Part shown: one piece after another, positions 17,532-30,992 of the stretch
How the letters are laid out: every line of letters begins with the position of its first letter
How positions within the stretch are numbered: the stretch's first letter is position 1
Origin: an uncultured delta proteobacterium
GTDB lineage: Bacteria > Myxococcota > UBA727 > VGSZ01
Assembly: GCA_963775425.1 (NCBI GenBank)
Contig: CAVZJB010000004.1
Span: 384,001 to 448,000 of the forward strand
Direction of reading: 5' to 3'
Length of the DNA: 64,000 nucleotides
Position numbers and translations under genes: made by a program
Notes under the pieces: model-generated
Databases searched by the model: none
Told to the model about the DNA's origin: nothing
What the model saw: only the letters and a program-made list of their open reading frames with translations

Positions 17532-20500
17532 TCAGCTCCCGATGCCCGTGCCGAGGCGCTGGCGCAGCTCGAAGTTCTCGTCGCTCACCGCGAACAGCAG
17601 CAGCTCTCGCACCTTGGCGCCGTGCGCCAGCGGGATGGCGCCGGGATCGGGTTGCTTGAGGAGCGCCATGCACAGCTCGAGATCACCGGTGAGCAGGTAC
17701 CCCGCACGAATGGCGGTGTGCTCCATGCCCTCGAGGAACGGCTTCGTCGACGCGGCCTTCTTGGTCTTCAACACCTCGGCGGCCGCGGGCTTGAGGGCGT
17801 TGGCGAGCGGAGCGCCGATGCGCGCGAGCGCCTTTTCGAAACGATCGACGTCGGCGGGCTCGCCGCGCACGGGATAGCGGCGGTCGACGAAGTGAAGCGC
17901 GACGTCGACGAGCGTGTTGAAGCGCTGCGCGCCCATGGTGCGCGGGAGCATGTAGGCCGGCCGGAGCGCCGTGAGCTGGCGGCCGATGGTGAACCACAGC
18001 CTCCGCCCCTGCGTCTCGGACAGGAGCGGGCTCGCCTTGCCGAGCGCGAGCGTGGGCTGCTCGAGGCAGAGCGGGTAGAGCGGGTCGGCGCTGTTGTGCT
18101 TCTGGTAGAGCTCGAAGCCGCCGGTGGCGAGCACGCCGCGCACGTGCTTGAGCTGGTTGATGAAGTATGGCTGCACGGGGGCGTCGAGGTCGACGCGCTC
18201 CATGTCGCCGCGGCGCACGCCGATGTTGTACACGCGCGGCTCGAGCGCGAGCACGCTTCCCGCGGAGCGCCACAGAGTGGCGCTGATGGTGGCGATGGCG
18301 CCGCGCGCGGCGGGGTGCACGAGGAACGCCTCCCACAGCTTGTCGGTCATCGCGCGGCGCGCTTGCGGCGGCACCTGCTTGACGTACAGCGAGAGGATGT
18401 CGGCTTCGCTCGGCTGGAGATCGCCGAGCACGCGCAGCGCCTGCGCGAACACGTAGGCGCGATCGATGGCCTTGCGCGCGAGCGCGATGCGCACCAGCTC
18501 GTGCAGGGCGCGCGTGATCTTGTCGGGGTTGAGCTGGATGAGCTTGCTGTACGCGGCCGCCGCCTCGTCGATGCCCGCCGGGTTCCGGGCGAGGAGATCG
18601 GCGAGCACCTCCACCGCCTCCGCGCTGTTCGGCTGCATCCTCACGATCACGCGGTACGCCTGGGTGGCGCCGTCGAGGTTGCGCAGGCGGAAACGGTAGA
18701 GGTCGCCGAGGTTCTTCCACAGCACCTCTTTGATGCCCGCGCGCGTGTCGGGGATGCGCTTGAGCATCGCGATGTAGTTCTCTTCGAGCGCCGGCCAGTT
18801 CCCCGTCGACGACAACAGGCTCTCGATGCTCTCGAACGCCTTGACGAAGTTGGGATCGAGATCGAGCGCCGCGTTGAAGTACTGCACCGCGCGCTGATCG
18901 TTCTTGATCTCGTCGCGGTAGACCTCGCCGAGGGTCTGGTTGAGGCGAACGCGCGAGTCCTGATCCTGCTCGACGCGTACGAGCTCCTCGAGCACCTCCA
19001 CCGCACGCGGCCCCTGCCGCGTCTGCCGATAGAGCTGCAACATGCTCTCGAGGATCTCCTTGTCGCCCGGCCGCTGGCGGTTGGCGTCTTCGTAGGCGTC
19101 GATGGCGCGATAGGGATCGTCGAGCTCGCCGGTGGCGAGTCGGCCGATCTCGATGAGCAGGTTGGTGCGCTCGTCGCCGAACACGAGGGGCACGAGGCGG
19201 ATGAGCACCTCGTACGCGTCCTCGAACTGTCCGTCGCCGACGAGGACGTTGGCCATCAAGCGCAGGGAAGGCGCGTGGTTGGGATCGAGCTCGAGCGCCT
19301 TCTCGAGCGACTTGATGGCGCGGTCGCCCTGCCCGAGCTTGTGGTTGAGGTCGGCGACCTGCTGGTAGTAGTCGACGACCTCGGCGTCGGTGAGGCCGTC
19401 GCGGTGGTGGATGAGGATGGCCTGGTAGATCTTGGCCGCGTCCTCCCACCGCCCGGACTTCGACAACGCCGCCCCGAGCCCCTCGAGCGCGGGGAGATAG
19501 GTCGCGTCGATCTCGTACGCGCGCTGGTAGTTTTTGAGCGCCTTGGCGTCCTTGCCGAGCTTCTCGCAGACGTAGCCGAGGCGGTAGTGCTGGCGGCAGA
19601 GGTCGGCGGCGTCGTCCTGCGGGTCGAGGCGCTCGACGATGATGTCGAGCAACTGCTCCGCCCGCTGCCAGTTCTCGTCGCGGAAGGCGATGTCCGCCAG
19701 CGGCTTGGCCGCCGCGAGGTGGTCGAACGTGAGGGCGAGCGCCTTCTCGAGCTCTTCGGAGGCGCCCTCGAGGTCCGCGAGCGTGTCCTGGAGGAACAGG
19801 CCGGTGGTGGTGTGGATCTCGGTGCGTTGCACCTCGTCCTCGGTGTACTTGGCCTCCTCGCGCAGCCACTGCAGGTACTCGGCGTTTTCACCCTTCTGCA
19901 GGGCGATGTTCTTGAGCGCCTGGATGGACGGCAGGTGGCTCGGCTCCACGTCGAGCGCGGCCTTGTACGCCAGCACGGCGTTGCCGACGTCGAGCAGCAT
20001 CTGCTCGTTGATGTTGCCGATGCGGTGGTAGATCTCCACCGCCTCCTTGGAGGCGCCGAGGAGCTGTGCCTCCGCCTGCAGCTTCTCGAGGGCGTTGAAC
20101 CAGTTGCCGCTCTTTTCGTAGAGCGCGCCCAGGGAGTGGATGGCGCCCTGTGACCCCGGGTCGAAGTCGAGAGCGGCCGTGTACATCTGCTCGGCCTTGT
20201 CCTGGCGTCCGAGCTCCTGCGCGTAGACCTGGCCGATGGCGAGGTAGAGCTGCACGATCTCCTGCGGATCGCGCGTCAGCGAGATGTGGGCCTCGTAGGT
20301 CTTGACGAGGTCCTCCCACTGGCCCTGCGCGCGGTAGAGGCGCTCGAGGTTCTCGACGGCGCGCACGTTGTCGGCGTCGACCTGGAGCACCCGCTGGTTG
20401 GCCTCGATGGCCATGCCGGCGTCCTCGAGGCTCTCCTCCCAGGTGGCGCCGACCTTGGACAGCAGGCGTACGGCTTCGTCGGTGGAAGGCGCGAGCTCGA

Positions 20501-23500
20501 CCATCTTCTCGAAGATCTTCACCAGCTCCTGCGGCCGATTGAGCGTGGTGAACAGACGCTCGAGCGCCTTGAGCGAAAGGACGTGTGCGGGATCCTCGTC
20601 GAGGATGGAGCGATAGACCGCGATGGCCTGTTCGGGGTTGTCGAGCTCCTGCTCCCACAGCCCGCCGACGCGGTAGCGGATGGCGAGCTTGTCTTCGAGG
20701 CCCTGCGCGACCTCCTCGTGCCGCTTGAGGATGTTGACGAGCTGTTGCCAGCGCTTCTCGCGCTCGAGCAGATCCGCGAGATCGCGCAGCGCGCCGGCGT
20801 CTGCGTGGTCGAGCTCGAGAATGCGCTTGTAGGCGTTGATGGCGGCGTCGACGTCGTTGGCCTTCTCGTCGAGGGTGCGCGCCACCCGGCGCAGCATCTC
20901 GATGCGCGCGCCGACGTCGTTGGACTGCTCGACGCGACGCTCGAAGACGTTGACGACCTCGCGCCACTTCCCCTGGCTCTCGTACAGCGCGACCATGCCG
21001 TCGAGCGCGCCCTTGTTGGTGGCCTCGTACTCGAGCGCTCGCTTGTAGTGCAGCTCGGCGTCCGCCGGAGAGCTCATGTGCTTCCACGCGAGCTCCGCCA
21101 TGCGCAGGTGGATATCGATGATGCGACGCTCGTCGGCGAGGTTGCTGCCGAGGGCGTCGTCGTAGATGGTGACCAGCTCGTCGGCGCTGTCGGTGGCGAT
21201 GGCCAGGCGGTCCATCCACTGCGCCAGCGACGCGTCGTCGTAGTCCTCTTTGAACGCGCGGCACGCGGCGAGAAACGCCAGCGCCGGCTGCGAGAGCTTC
21301 TCTTCGTAGATCTCGCCGATCTCCTTCAAGAGCTCGATGCGCGCGGCGGGCTCGGTGGTGGCGCGCGTGCGCTCCTCCTTCAGGAGCACCAGCTTCTGCC
21401 AGTCGTTGTTCTCGGCGTAGATGGAGCCGAGGCGCCCGTACGCGCGCTCGTTGGTGGCGTCGATCTTGAGGATGCGCTCGTACGGCCCGGCGGCCAGCTC
21501 GTGGCGCTTGAGGTTCTCCTCGAACACCGTGGCGAGCTCGAGGAGCTTTTCGGCACGCGCCGGCCCCTCCGCGACCGCCGAGGCGCGCTCGAGGGTATCG
21601 GCCAGCTCGTCCCACGCCTCGTTGGTGCGGAAGATGGCGCTCAGCCGCTCGAGCTGCTGCGCGGAGTGCGGCTCGATGTCGAGGATGCGGCGGCCGGTCT
21701 CCACCGACTCCGCGCGCTTTTGGAGCTTCAGCCCGAGCACCTCGGCGAGCTGGAAGCGCAGGTCCTTGAGCTGCTCGGCGTGCGCCGTGGTCCGCATCAT
21801 GCGGCGGATGAGCCCCACCAGCTCCTCGTATTTCCCGAGGTCCCAGTAGAGCTTGCGCAGGGCGTTCAAGCTCGCCTGGTTCTGGGGATCGAGCTCGAGG
21901 ATCTTGAGGTGGCGGGCGACCGCCTCCTCCTTGCCGCCGAGGTGCAGCGAGAGGACGTCGCCAAGCTTGACGGTCAGCGATGACAGGAACGCCGGGTCGC
22001 GCTCGACCTGGAGCGCGTCTTCGTACAGTTGCCTGAGGTCGGCGAAGCGCTCGGCGGCGGCGTACAGCCGCTCGAGGGTGGAGAAGCTGGGGTCGTTGGC
22101 GACGGTGCCCGTGCCCTCGCGCTGCGACGCCTCCAACGAGCGCAGCTCCTCCCACAGCGGGATGGCGTCGTCGACGGCGTTCAACTGATCGGCGAGGAGG
22201 ATGGCGAGGCGCCGCCGGTAGCGGGAGAAGCCGTCGACGTCGCCGCCGAGCTTGCACGCCTCGATCTCCTCCTCGAGGAGCGGGCGCAGCTCTTCGAAGG
22301 CGCCGGCGGCGTCGGTGAGATCGATGAGCAGGCGGCGCGCGGGCACCGAGCCCCGATCGAGGCGACGCGCCTCCTCGAGGAGCGGCATGGCGTCGTCGGC
22401 GCGGTCGAGGTGATCGGCTAGCACCTTGCTGAGCTCGACGAGGAGCGGCACGCGCTCCACCGCCTCGTCCTTGAACATCAGGCGACGGCGCAGCGCCTTT
22501 TCGAGATCGTCGAACCGACCCACCTGCGCGTAGAGCGTGGAGAGCGCCTCGAGCGGGACCAGCCGCCCGGGTTGCTTCTCGAGCACGCCCTCGTACGCCG
22601 CGATGGCGCGCTCGACGTCGTTCATGGCCGTCGCGTAGATGTCCGCCGCCGCTTCGCGCAGCTCGGCAGCGAGGGCGCTCCGGCCGCCGACGTCGGCGGC
22701 GAGGGCTTCGTCCTCGTACATCTCGGCGAGCTCCTCGATGACATCGGCTTGCGCGGCCAGACGCTTCAAGCGCTCGCGGAGGTTGAGGTCGTTGGCGTCG
22801 TTCTTGAGCGCGCGGCACAGCGTTCCGAAGGCGAGGCCGGGAGCGTCGAGCTTCTGCTCCTGGATGTCCGCGATGCGCATGAGCTGCGTGCGGATCTCCT
22901 TCTTGTCGCCGCGCCGCTCGAGGTCGGGGATCTGCGCCTGCAGCACCTCCACGGCGCCGCTCCAGTTTCCGCTCCTCTCGTAGCTCTGCGTGAGGATGAC
23001 GGCGCCGTCGAACTTGCCGGTGTGGCGCTGCTCGAGCCGGCTCTCGAGATACTCCTGCGTCTCCTTGTGGCCGGGCGCGTCGTTGAGCACCGCCTGGAAC
23101 TGCACGAGGGCGTCGTCGGGAAGGCCGAGGTGCTGATCGAGCACCACGCCGAGCTTGAAGCGCGCCTGGAGCGAGCGCTCCGGGTCGCCGGTGCCGAGCG
23201 CGACGAGCTCGCAATCGAGCGCCTCGGCGACCTTGTCCCAACGTTGCTGTCGCTCGCACACGTCGGCGAGCGCGCGCAAGGCGGCGGTGTCGTCGGGCAA
23301 GGACTCCAGCAGGCGTTGCAGGGTGGTGATGGCCGCGCCGTAGTCCTGCAGCCCGTGGGTCTCGATGGTCGCGGCCTCGAACAGGAACTGTCGCGCGGCG
23401 GCGGCGTCCGGCGCGAGGTCCGCCTTGCGCTTGAGCGTGGCGGCGAGCTTCTGCGGCTCACCGACGGCGCGGTAGAGGCGCTCGATGCGCTCGAGGATCG

Positions 23501-26500
23501 GGAGGCGCTCCTCCGCCGACATCCCCTGCGCCGTGGCCGCCTGGAACGCCAGGTCGTAGAACTCGGAGGCCCGCAGCGGCTGCCCCACGCCGCCCTCGTA
23601 CAGCTCGCCGCAGCGAAGCGCGTAGTTGAAGCGCTGCGGATCGTTGATGGCGAGCCCCTCGATGAGGTCCTCGTAGAGGCCGAGCAGAGACTCGAGGTCG
23701 TGCAGCCGGACGCTCAGGCGCTCCGCGCGCTCCCGGAGCACGTTGTCGGCGGGGTCTTCGCCGAGGGCGCGCGCGAGCGTGACCATGGCCTGCTCGGGGC
23801 GATCGAGCATGCGCTCTTCGACGTCGACGATACGCACCCACAAACGCTTGCGCTCGCTCGGATCCTGCTCGACGTCGAGGCGCAGCCGGAGGACGGGCGC
23901 GAGCTCGCCCCAGGCGTCGGCACTCTCGAAGCGCGGCTCGAGGACCGTCGCGAGCTGCGCCCGCCAGATCCGCGCCTCGTCGCGCGTCTCGCCCGACAGC
24001 AGCAGGAGCGCACGCGTGCCGAGGGCGGTCACCGCCTCGGCGGCGGGGTTGGTCTCCGCGAGGCTGACGAGCGCGGCGACGGCGTTTCCGAAGTCGCGCA
24101 GCCGCTCGAGCTGCACGTAGATGAGGCGCGCGAGCACGTTGCCGCGCTCCTCGAGGGTGGGCGCCTCCTGCGCCTCCCATGCGAGGTGATGGGCCAGCTC
24201 CGGCCAGCGCTCCGCGCGCGCGAGCAGCCGCTCCATGGTGGCCCGCGCGCCCATGTCGCCGGGGTCGAGGACGAGGAGCTCGCGCGCCGCGCCGATGGCG
24301 CCGTCGAGGTCGTTGAGGTTCTCGTCGACGTCGCACAGCTCGGCCCAGGCGTCCTTGGCCGTGTCGCGCAGACCTTCGGCGGCGGCGGCGGCGGCGAGCT
24401 GCAGGAGCACGTTGGCCAGCTCGCGCATGCCCTCGGGCGAGCCGGCGTGCATCCGCGTGAGCCGCGCGAGAATCCTTGAGGGTGGCGGCGTCGCCCGCGC
24501 CGGCCTGCACGGCGGCGGCCAGCCGCTCCATGGCGGTCTCGGGATCGCCGCCGGCGCCCTCGGCGATCTCGGCCATGCGCTTGTACAGCGCGAGGCGCGT
24601 GTCGTTGTCGCGCACGGCGTCGAGGACGTCTTCGTAGACGGCGCCGAGGCCTTCGAGGTTCTCGGTGTCCCTCGCGAGCCGCTCGGCCTCACCGCGCACC
24701 GAGGCGTCGTCGGGGACCTCCTTGAGCGCGCGGCACACCGTCATGAACGCCAGCGACGGCTGTCCGAGCTTCTCCTGGATGGTGGCCACCTCGAGGAGGA
24801 GCGCGGCGCGCGCGGTGTGATCAGGCTCCGCCGACAACCGCAGCTCGATCACCTGCGGCACCGCCGCCAGATCGTTTTGCGCGCGCAGCGTCTGCTCGAG
24901 GAGCGCGGCGGCGTCGGCGATCGGCGGCGCGCCCTTGGTGCGCGCAGCGTCGACGAGCACCTCCAACGCCTGCCGCACCTCCACGACGTGCGGCGCCTCG
25001 CCGACGGCGGCGGCGAGCTCGTCGAGGGCGCCGGCGGGATCGCCGCGGCGCTTGAGCTTCAGCGTCGCCAGGCGCGCGCGCAGGAGCACCCGCGATTCGG
25101 CGAGCGCCTCGAGCGCGATGCGGGCCTCGAGCACGTCCACCAGGGCGGAGGAGTTGCCCGTGCGCTCGTAGATGTCGTCGAGGAGCTTGAGCGCCTCGGG
25201 ATCGCGCGGGTTGTCGGCGAGCGCGGCGCGAAGGGCCTCCTCGGCGCCGGCGTCGTCGTGCACCACCAGCAGGCGGGCCATCTCGAAGAGGGCCTCCCGT
25301 CGCACGGCGATGTCCGCGGTGGACTGCACGCGCCGGCGCAGCACCTCGACGAGCGCCTGCTGATCGGCTTCGCCGCGATGGATCTGCTCGAGGGCGCTCA
25401 GGGCGGTGGTGTCTGAGGGCTCGAGGCGCAGGATGGCCTCGGCGACGCGCACCTGCCCGTCCTTGTCGTCGATCTTCTGCGCCACCGAAGCGGCCTCTCG
25501 CAGGAAGCGCAGCGCCGTGTCCTTGCCCCCCTCCTGCGACGCATGGGCCTCGGCGACGTCCTCGAGCACCTCGAGGAGGTCGCTGAAGCTGCCGGTCTCC
25601 TCGGCGAGGGCGTGCACGCGGGTGAGGCGCTCCTCGCTCGGCGCGTCGCGCAGGGCCCGGCATGTGGCCATGAACGCGAGCTGCGGTACGCGCAGCGCGT
25701 TTTCGTGCATCTGCGAGATCTCGTCGAGCAAGCGCGCGCGCTCCTCGCCGGGCTCGCGCTTGGTGGCCGCGATCTCGAGGCTCTCCACCAGCGGCTGCCA
25801 CGCCTCCTGCGCCCGGTGGTGCTCGATGATGGCGTCGAGCGCGTCGCGCCCGGCCTGGTCGTCGCGCATGGCGAGCTTCTGCAGGGCCTCGGTGCAGCGG
25901 GCCGTGCTGTTGCCGTCGCGCTCGACACGCAGGCACTCGAGGAGCGAGCGCACCGCGCCCTGGAGGTCGCCGGCGCGTCCGACGAGCAGGCCGTGCTCGA
26001 GGAGCAGCGCGGCCTTGAGGGCCGGCGAGGTCTGGAGCGCGGCGCGCTTGTCGACGACGGCGGCGAGCTCGGGCGTGTCGGCGTGCTGCAGCCGCAGCCG
26101 CGCCTCGAGGCGGGCGAGGATGGGGTCCTCGCGCGGCGCCATCTCATGGCAGGTGCGCAGGGTGTCGAGGCCCTTCACGTCGTCTTCGAGGATGTCGAAG
26201 TAGTAGTCGGACAGATCGAGCAAGCGCTGGAGGCGCTCGGGCCCCTCGACGAGCGACGCGAGCTTCTCGAGACAGGTGGCGACGCCCGCGGCGTCGTTGC
26301 GCCGCTCGTAGAGCGCGGCCATCCGCTCCCACGGCTCCTTGGCTGCGGGCTGGAGGTTCGCGAGGAACATCAGCGCCTCGAGGCCGCCGTCGATATCGCC
26401 GCGCTGCACGGTGAGCTCGGCCAGGCGCTCGGAGTACAGGAGCGCCGTTTCCTCGTGGGGGCTCACGCGCAGCGCCTGGTAGCGCGCGAAGAGCTCCTCG

Positions 26501-29500
26501 TAGCGCTGCAGCCCCGCCGCCAGCGCCTCCGCCTGCCGCCGCGCCGGATCGTCCTCGGGATCGTTTTCGAGGTGTTGCAACAGCGCGTCGAGGGCCTCGT
26601 CGGGCAGGTCGACCTGCTCGACGAGCACCGTGGTGAGCTGCCCGATCAGCGCGCGGCGCGCCTGGATGTTCGGCTCGAGGCCGAGGAGCACCTGCAGCAC
26701 GTGTGCGCGCCCGGCGTGGTTCTCGACCGCCTCATAGCGCTGCAGGAGGGCGCGGCCGCACGCCTGGCGCTCGTGCACCGGCGCCTTGGCGTCGTCGAGG
26801 ATGGCGCGGATGCCGGCGAGCGCGCGCTCCTGGGTCTCGTCGTTGGCGAGCGAGGCCTCGTAGGCCTGAAGCGCCTCCTTGTGGCGCTCGAGCCCGTGCA
26901 GCACGTCGCCGAGCGCCGCGCGCATCGCGGAGCGCTCCTTGCCTGCGAGCTGGCCGGCGAGCTCCTTGAGCGCCCACGCGAGCTTCTCGGCGGTCTCGAC
27001 GTCGGCGACCACCTCCACCGGCTCCGCACCGTCGTCGCCGTCGGCGGCCGGCGGCGCGCCCTCCATGGCCTTGTCGTACGCAGCGACCAGGTGGCGCAGC
27101 GCGCGCTGCCGCAGCTCTCCGGTGACGGGGGCCTCGCCCGCGAACGCCTGCTCGAGCGGCGCGCGCGCCGCCTCGGGGTCTTTGAGCTCTTCGACGAGGA
27201 GGATGCCGAGACGCGCGCACACCGGCGCTGCGTCGGCGGGCGTGGCGGCGATGCGCTGCTCGAGCACGCCCCGGAGCTCCGTCCAACTGTCGCGCTTGGC
27301 GTAGATGTCGGCGAGCGCGTCGAGCGAGGAGACGGCGCCCGGGTCCTTCTCCAGGATGCCCTTGTGCGCCTCGATGGCGCTCACCTGATCGCCGAGCACG
27401 CCCTGCAGCAAGTCGGCGCGGCGCTGCAACAGCCCCTGCTTCTGCTGGCCGTCGGGCAGCCGGTCCGACGCCTTCTGCAGCACGTCGGCGAAGCGCGCGT
27501 GGGCGTTGGCCTCCTGAGCGAGGCGCTCGACCTCCGCGAAGGTCTCCTGGTTGGACGGCTCGTCGACCCAAGCGTCGGCCCACGCGTCGAACGCCTCCCG
27601 CGGGCTCTTCAGCTTCTCCTCGAGCATCCCGCCCATGGCCTTGGCGAGCATCGCGCGCTTCTTGTCGTCGCGCTCGGCGCCGTGGCGCAGCGCCATCATC
27701 TCGACGGTCTTGCGCCACTGCTCGTTCTGCGCGTACCAGGGCTGCAGCGCTTCGGCGATGGGCACCACGAGGCTGCCGCGCGCTTGCAGGCGCTCGAGGG
27801 CCTTCAGGAGCTCCGCGTCCACGTCGTGATCGCCGGCGGCAGGGGGCTCCCGCGCTTGATCGGCGTCCCCGGCTCCGTCGTCGGCGCCGCCCTCGGAGGC
27901 CCGGCGGGCGTCCCACTGGCGCAGGTAGAGCTCGGCGGCGTCGTCGGGGCGGTTGAGCTTCTCCTCGTACACGCGCGCGAGGCGGCCGCCGGCGGCGACG
28001 GCGTCGCGCTCGTTGCCGAGATCGTTCTCCACACGCATCCGCCGCTCGAGGGCCGCCGCGAGGTCCTCGAATTGCTCTTGCGAGCGGAGCACGGCCTCGA
28101 GCTTGTCGTGCGCGGCGCGCAGGCCGGCGTCGATCTCGAGCACCTCGCGCAGCCGCGCGGCGGCGTCGTCGGGCCGGTGCAGCTTGACGAGGACGTCCGC
28201 GAGCGTGAGCAAGGTCTGCGCGCGCTCGCGCGGATCGTTCTGCGTGCGGATGCGGCTCTCGAGGACGGCCGCGTGCTCCTCGGGCGAGGAGTCCTTGGCG
28301 AGGAGCCCGTCGAGCAGGGCGAGCGCGTCTTTGTCGCCGGGATCCTGCTCGAGCATGGTGTCGATGACCAGGCGCGCCTTCTTGCGATCGCCCGCCTGCA
28401 ACGCGAGCTGCGCAGCCCGGAGCTTCAAGCGGCGCGCTTCGCCGGGCGCGGAGGCGCGGTGGGCGGCGTCGAGGAAGGTCTGCGCGAGGTCGCCCGTGCG
28501 CGCGAGCGCGTCGGCGAGGCGCGACAGCTCCGCCTCGAGGCTCTCGCGCGGCTGCAGGACGAACAGCCGCCGGCCGGCGTTGAACGCCTTGTCGGGCGCG
28601 GCGAGCGCGCCCTGGTAGGCGGTCATCAACCGCTCGAGGAGCTTGGCCTCCTGCGCGGGGTCGATGGGCCTGAGCGCGCTGCGGCGGCTGGGCTTGAGCT
28701 GCGCCTCGATGACGTCGGCGAGCTTGGCCTCGTCGCCCTTGCGCTCATAGAGATCCGCGAGCTGCGCGAGCACGCCGTCGTCCTCGACGTCGAGGCCGCG
28801 CAACTGCTCGAGGCGCTCGGCCGCCTTGGTGAGATCCTTGATCTCCACCTCGTACAGCCGCGCGAGCTGCCGGAGCGTGTTCTTGCGCGCCGGCATGTCG
28901 CTCGACTCCTGGAGGAACGCCTCCATGACGACGGCGGCCTCGGGGTAGCGCCCGTTTTCGAGGTGAAGCTCGGTGAGCGCGTGGATGGCCGCGACGTTTC
29001 TTGGGTCCACCCGCCGGACCTTCTCGTACGCGGCCGCGATCTCCTCGGGGGCCGCGCCGCGCTCCGCCAACAACATGGCCACGAACAGCCACATGTCCAC
29101 GGCCACGTCGACGGCGCGCACGGCCTCGGCCTGCTTCTTCAGCCGATCGATGAACTCCCCGAGCTTGCCCTCCTCGCGGTAGAGCGCCTCGAGGAACTTG
29201 AGCGCCGGACGGTAGCCGGGCGACAGGAGCAGACACTTCTCGACGTTCTGCTCGATCTGCGCGTCCTTGGGCGCATACGACGCGTACACCTGCGCGATGG
29301 CCAGGTAGCGCCGCGCGGCGTCGCGCTTGTCGCGCGCGTCGAGGGCGGCGTCGCGCAGGCGGCGCACGTGGTCCTTCCACGTCTGCGGAAACGCCTCGAG
29401 CTCGCCCTTCAGCGTGCGCGCCCGCGCGAGGTCGGGCGCCAGCTTCGCGGCGCGCTCCACGGCGTCCTTGGCGACGTCGTGGGCCGCCGGCCGCACCAGG

Positions 29501-30201
29501 AGCGCCTCCGCGATCTTGATGTAGAGCTCCGCGAGCTCGCGCTTGACGGCGGGGTCTGCGTCCGCGCCCTCCTCCTCGACCTGCTCCACCTCGAGATCGA
29601 CGAGCTGCTTGGCCTGCTCTTCCCGCGACTGCTCCAGATAGATCTGCGTCGCCTTGCGCACCGCCGAGCGGTTCTTGCGGTCTGCCTTGAACGCGGCCTG
29701 GTACTGGATGAGCGCCTGCTGCGGCTGCCCCAGGTGCAGGCGCGCGAGGTCGCCCATGCGCTCCCACACCACGGCCTTGGCGTCGTCGTCGGGGAGGAGG
29801 CCGGCGAGCCGCTGGAGCACCGCGAACGCGGCCTCGTGGTGGCCCGCCGACTCGTGCAGCGACGCGCGCGCCTCGACGATCTCGCGCTTGGCGCCGAAGC
29901 GCTCCTCGGCGCGCGCGAGCAGCGACACGGCGGTCTCGACCTCGCCGGGCGACTGGCGGTGCACGTCGAGGATGCGGGTGACGATCAGCGACCGCAGGGA
30001 GCTGCCGCGCTCAGCGGGGTCCGCGTCGTCGGGCGCGTGCTGCGCGTCGCCGGACGCTTGCAGCGCCTCGCCGAGGGCGAGGAGCGCCGCCTTGCCGTCG
30101 CCGCCGCCCATGGCCTGGTCCGCGCGTGACAAGAGCGCGCCGACGTCGACGCCGTTGCCCCCCGAAGTCGACCCGTCTCCCGGCTGCGTCGTCGTCGTCA
30201 T
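17532..30201 (-). CDS. gltI: Giant TPR protein GltI/AgmK, about 4220 aa if joined; one extra base at 24474-24475
   Basis: ORF 23458..30201 is TPR-like up to ..DAATLK and ORF 17532..24692 is TPR-like from ILARLTR. Removing one base from CTC AAG G ATT CTC joins them. Located between gltH and gltJ. Confidence 0.82.
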
Positions 30202-30207
30202 CTCTGC

Positions 30208-30897
30208 TCAGAACGTGTACTTGAGCGTCGGGTAGACCTCGACGCCGAACGCAAAGGGCGCGATGAGCGCCTGAAAGTCTCCCTCGAGGCCGATGGAGAG
30301 GTGACGGAGCTTCGTGTAGTACTCGACGCCCAGGGACGCGTCGGTGTGGACCGAGCCCGTGGCGCCGCCCGCGAGCTGCTTCGGGAACCAGAGCGCGTAG
30401 CCGGCGCCGACGCGCGCGAACGCGAAGAAACGATCCGTGGTGATGTAGTCGAAGCGGACGGCGACGCCGGGGGCGAAGTGCGAGAGATCGCCGGAGAGCG
30501 CGCCCGCCTTGATCGCGCTTTGGTCGAGGAGCCCCTCGTTGAAGTTGGCGAGGACGAAGGCGTCGAGCTCGATGTTGTTGAGGATGTCGTAGCCGACGCG
30601 GATGCCCATGCGCGTGCCCGGCAGCGTGCCGTCGGGATTGATGTTCACGAAGCCCGGCTGGTTGAGCGGGATGAAGTAGTTGGGGCCGTAGTCGACGGAG
30701 ACGAAGAAGCCGCGCTCGATCTCGTTGATGTCGATGACGTGGGCGGAGCCCTTGGTCACCTCCCCCGCGCGCGGCTCGTCGGCGTTCGAAGCGATGCCCT
30801 GCGCGAGCGCGGGCCCCGCGGCGCAGGTCGCGCACAGGACGAGGGCGCGTGCGACCGAAGGGAGCGGTCGCGGCAGGGTTGTCCTCGAAAAAACCAT
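30208..30897 (-). CDS. gltH: Outer-membrane beta-barrel GltH/CglE
   Basis: Signal peptide; NEIERGFF; GVEYYTKLRHLSIGLE; ends LKYTF; synteny. Confidence 0.85.
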   Translation of the reverse strand: MVFSRTTLPRPLPSVARALVLCATCAAGPALAQGIASNADEPRAGEVTKGSAHVIDINEIERGFFVSVDYGPNYFIPLNQPGFVNINPDGTLPGTRMGIRVGYDILNNIELDAFVLANFNEGLLDQSAIKAGALSGDLSHFAPGVAVRFDYITTDRFFAFARVGAGYALWFPKQLAGGATGSVHTDASLGVEYYTKLRHLSIGLEGDFQALIAPFAFGVEVYPTLKYTF

Positions 30898-30992
30898 GGT
30901 CCGACCTCTCGGGTTCCATGGCCGCTATACCGCGTTTGGCGTGATCGAAGCCACTTTGCCCCCCCATGTAGGAGGCGGTGGGCGGTTCTTGC

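Noticed and set aside
24460-24490. Programmed ribosomal frameshift in gltI
   Set aside because: No slippery heptamer or homopolymer; known GltI/AgmK is a single ORF.
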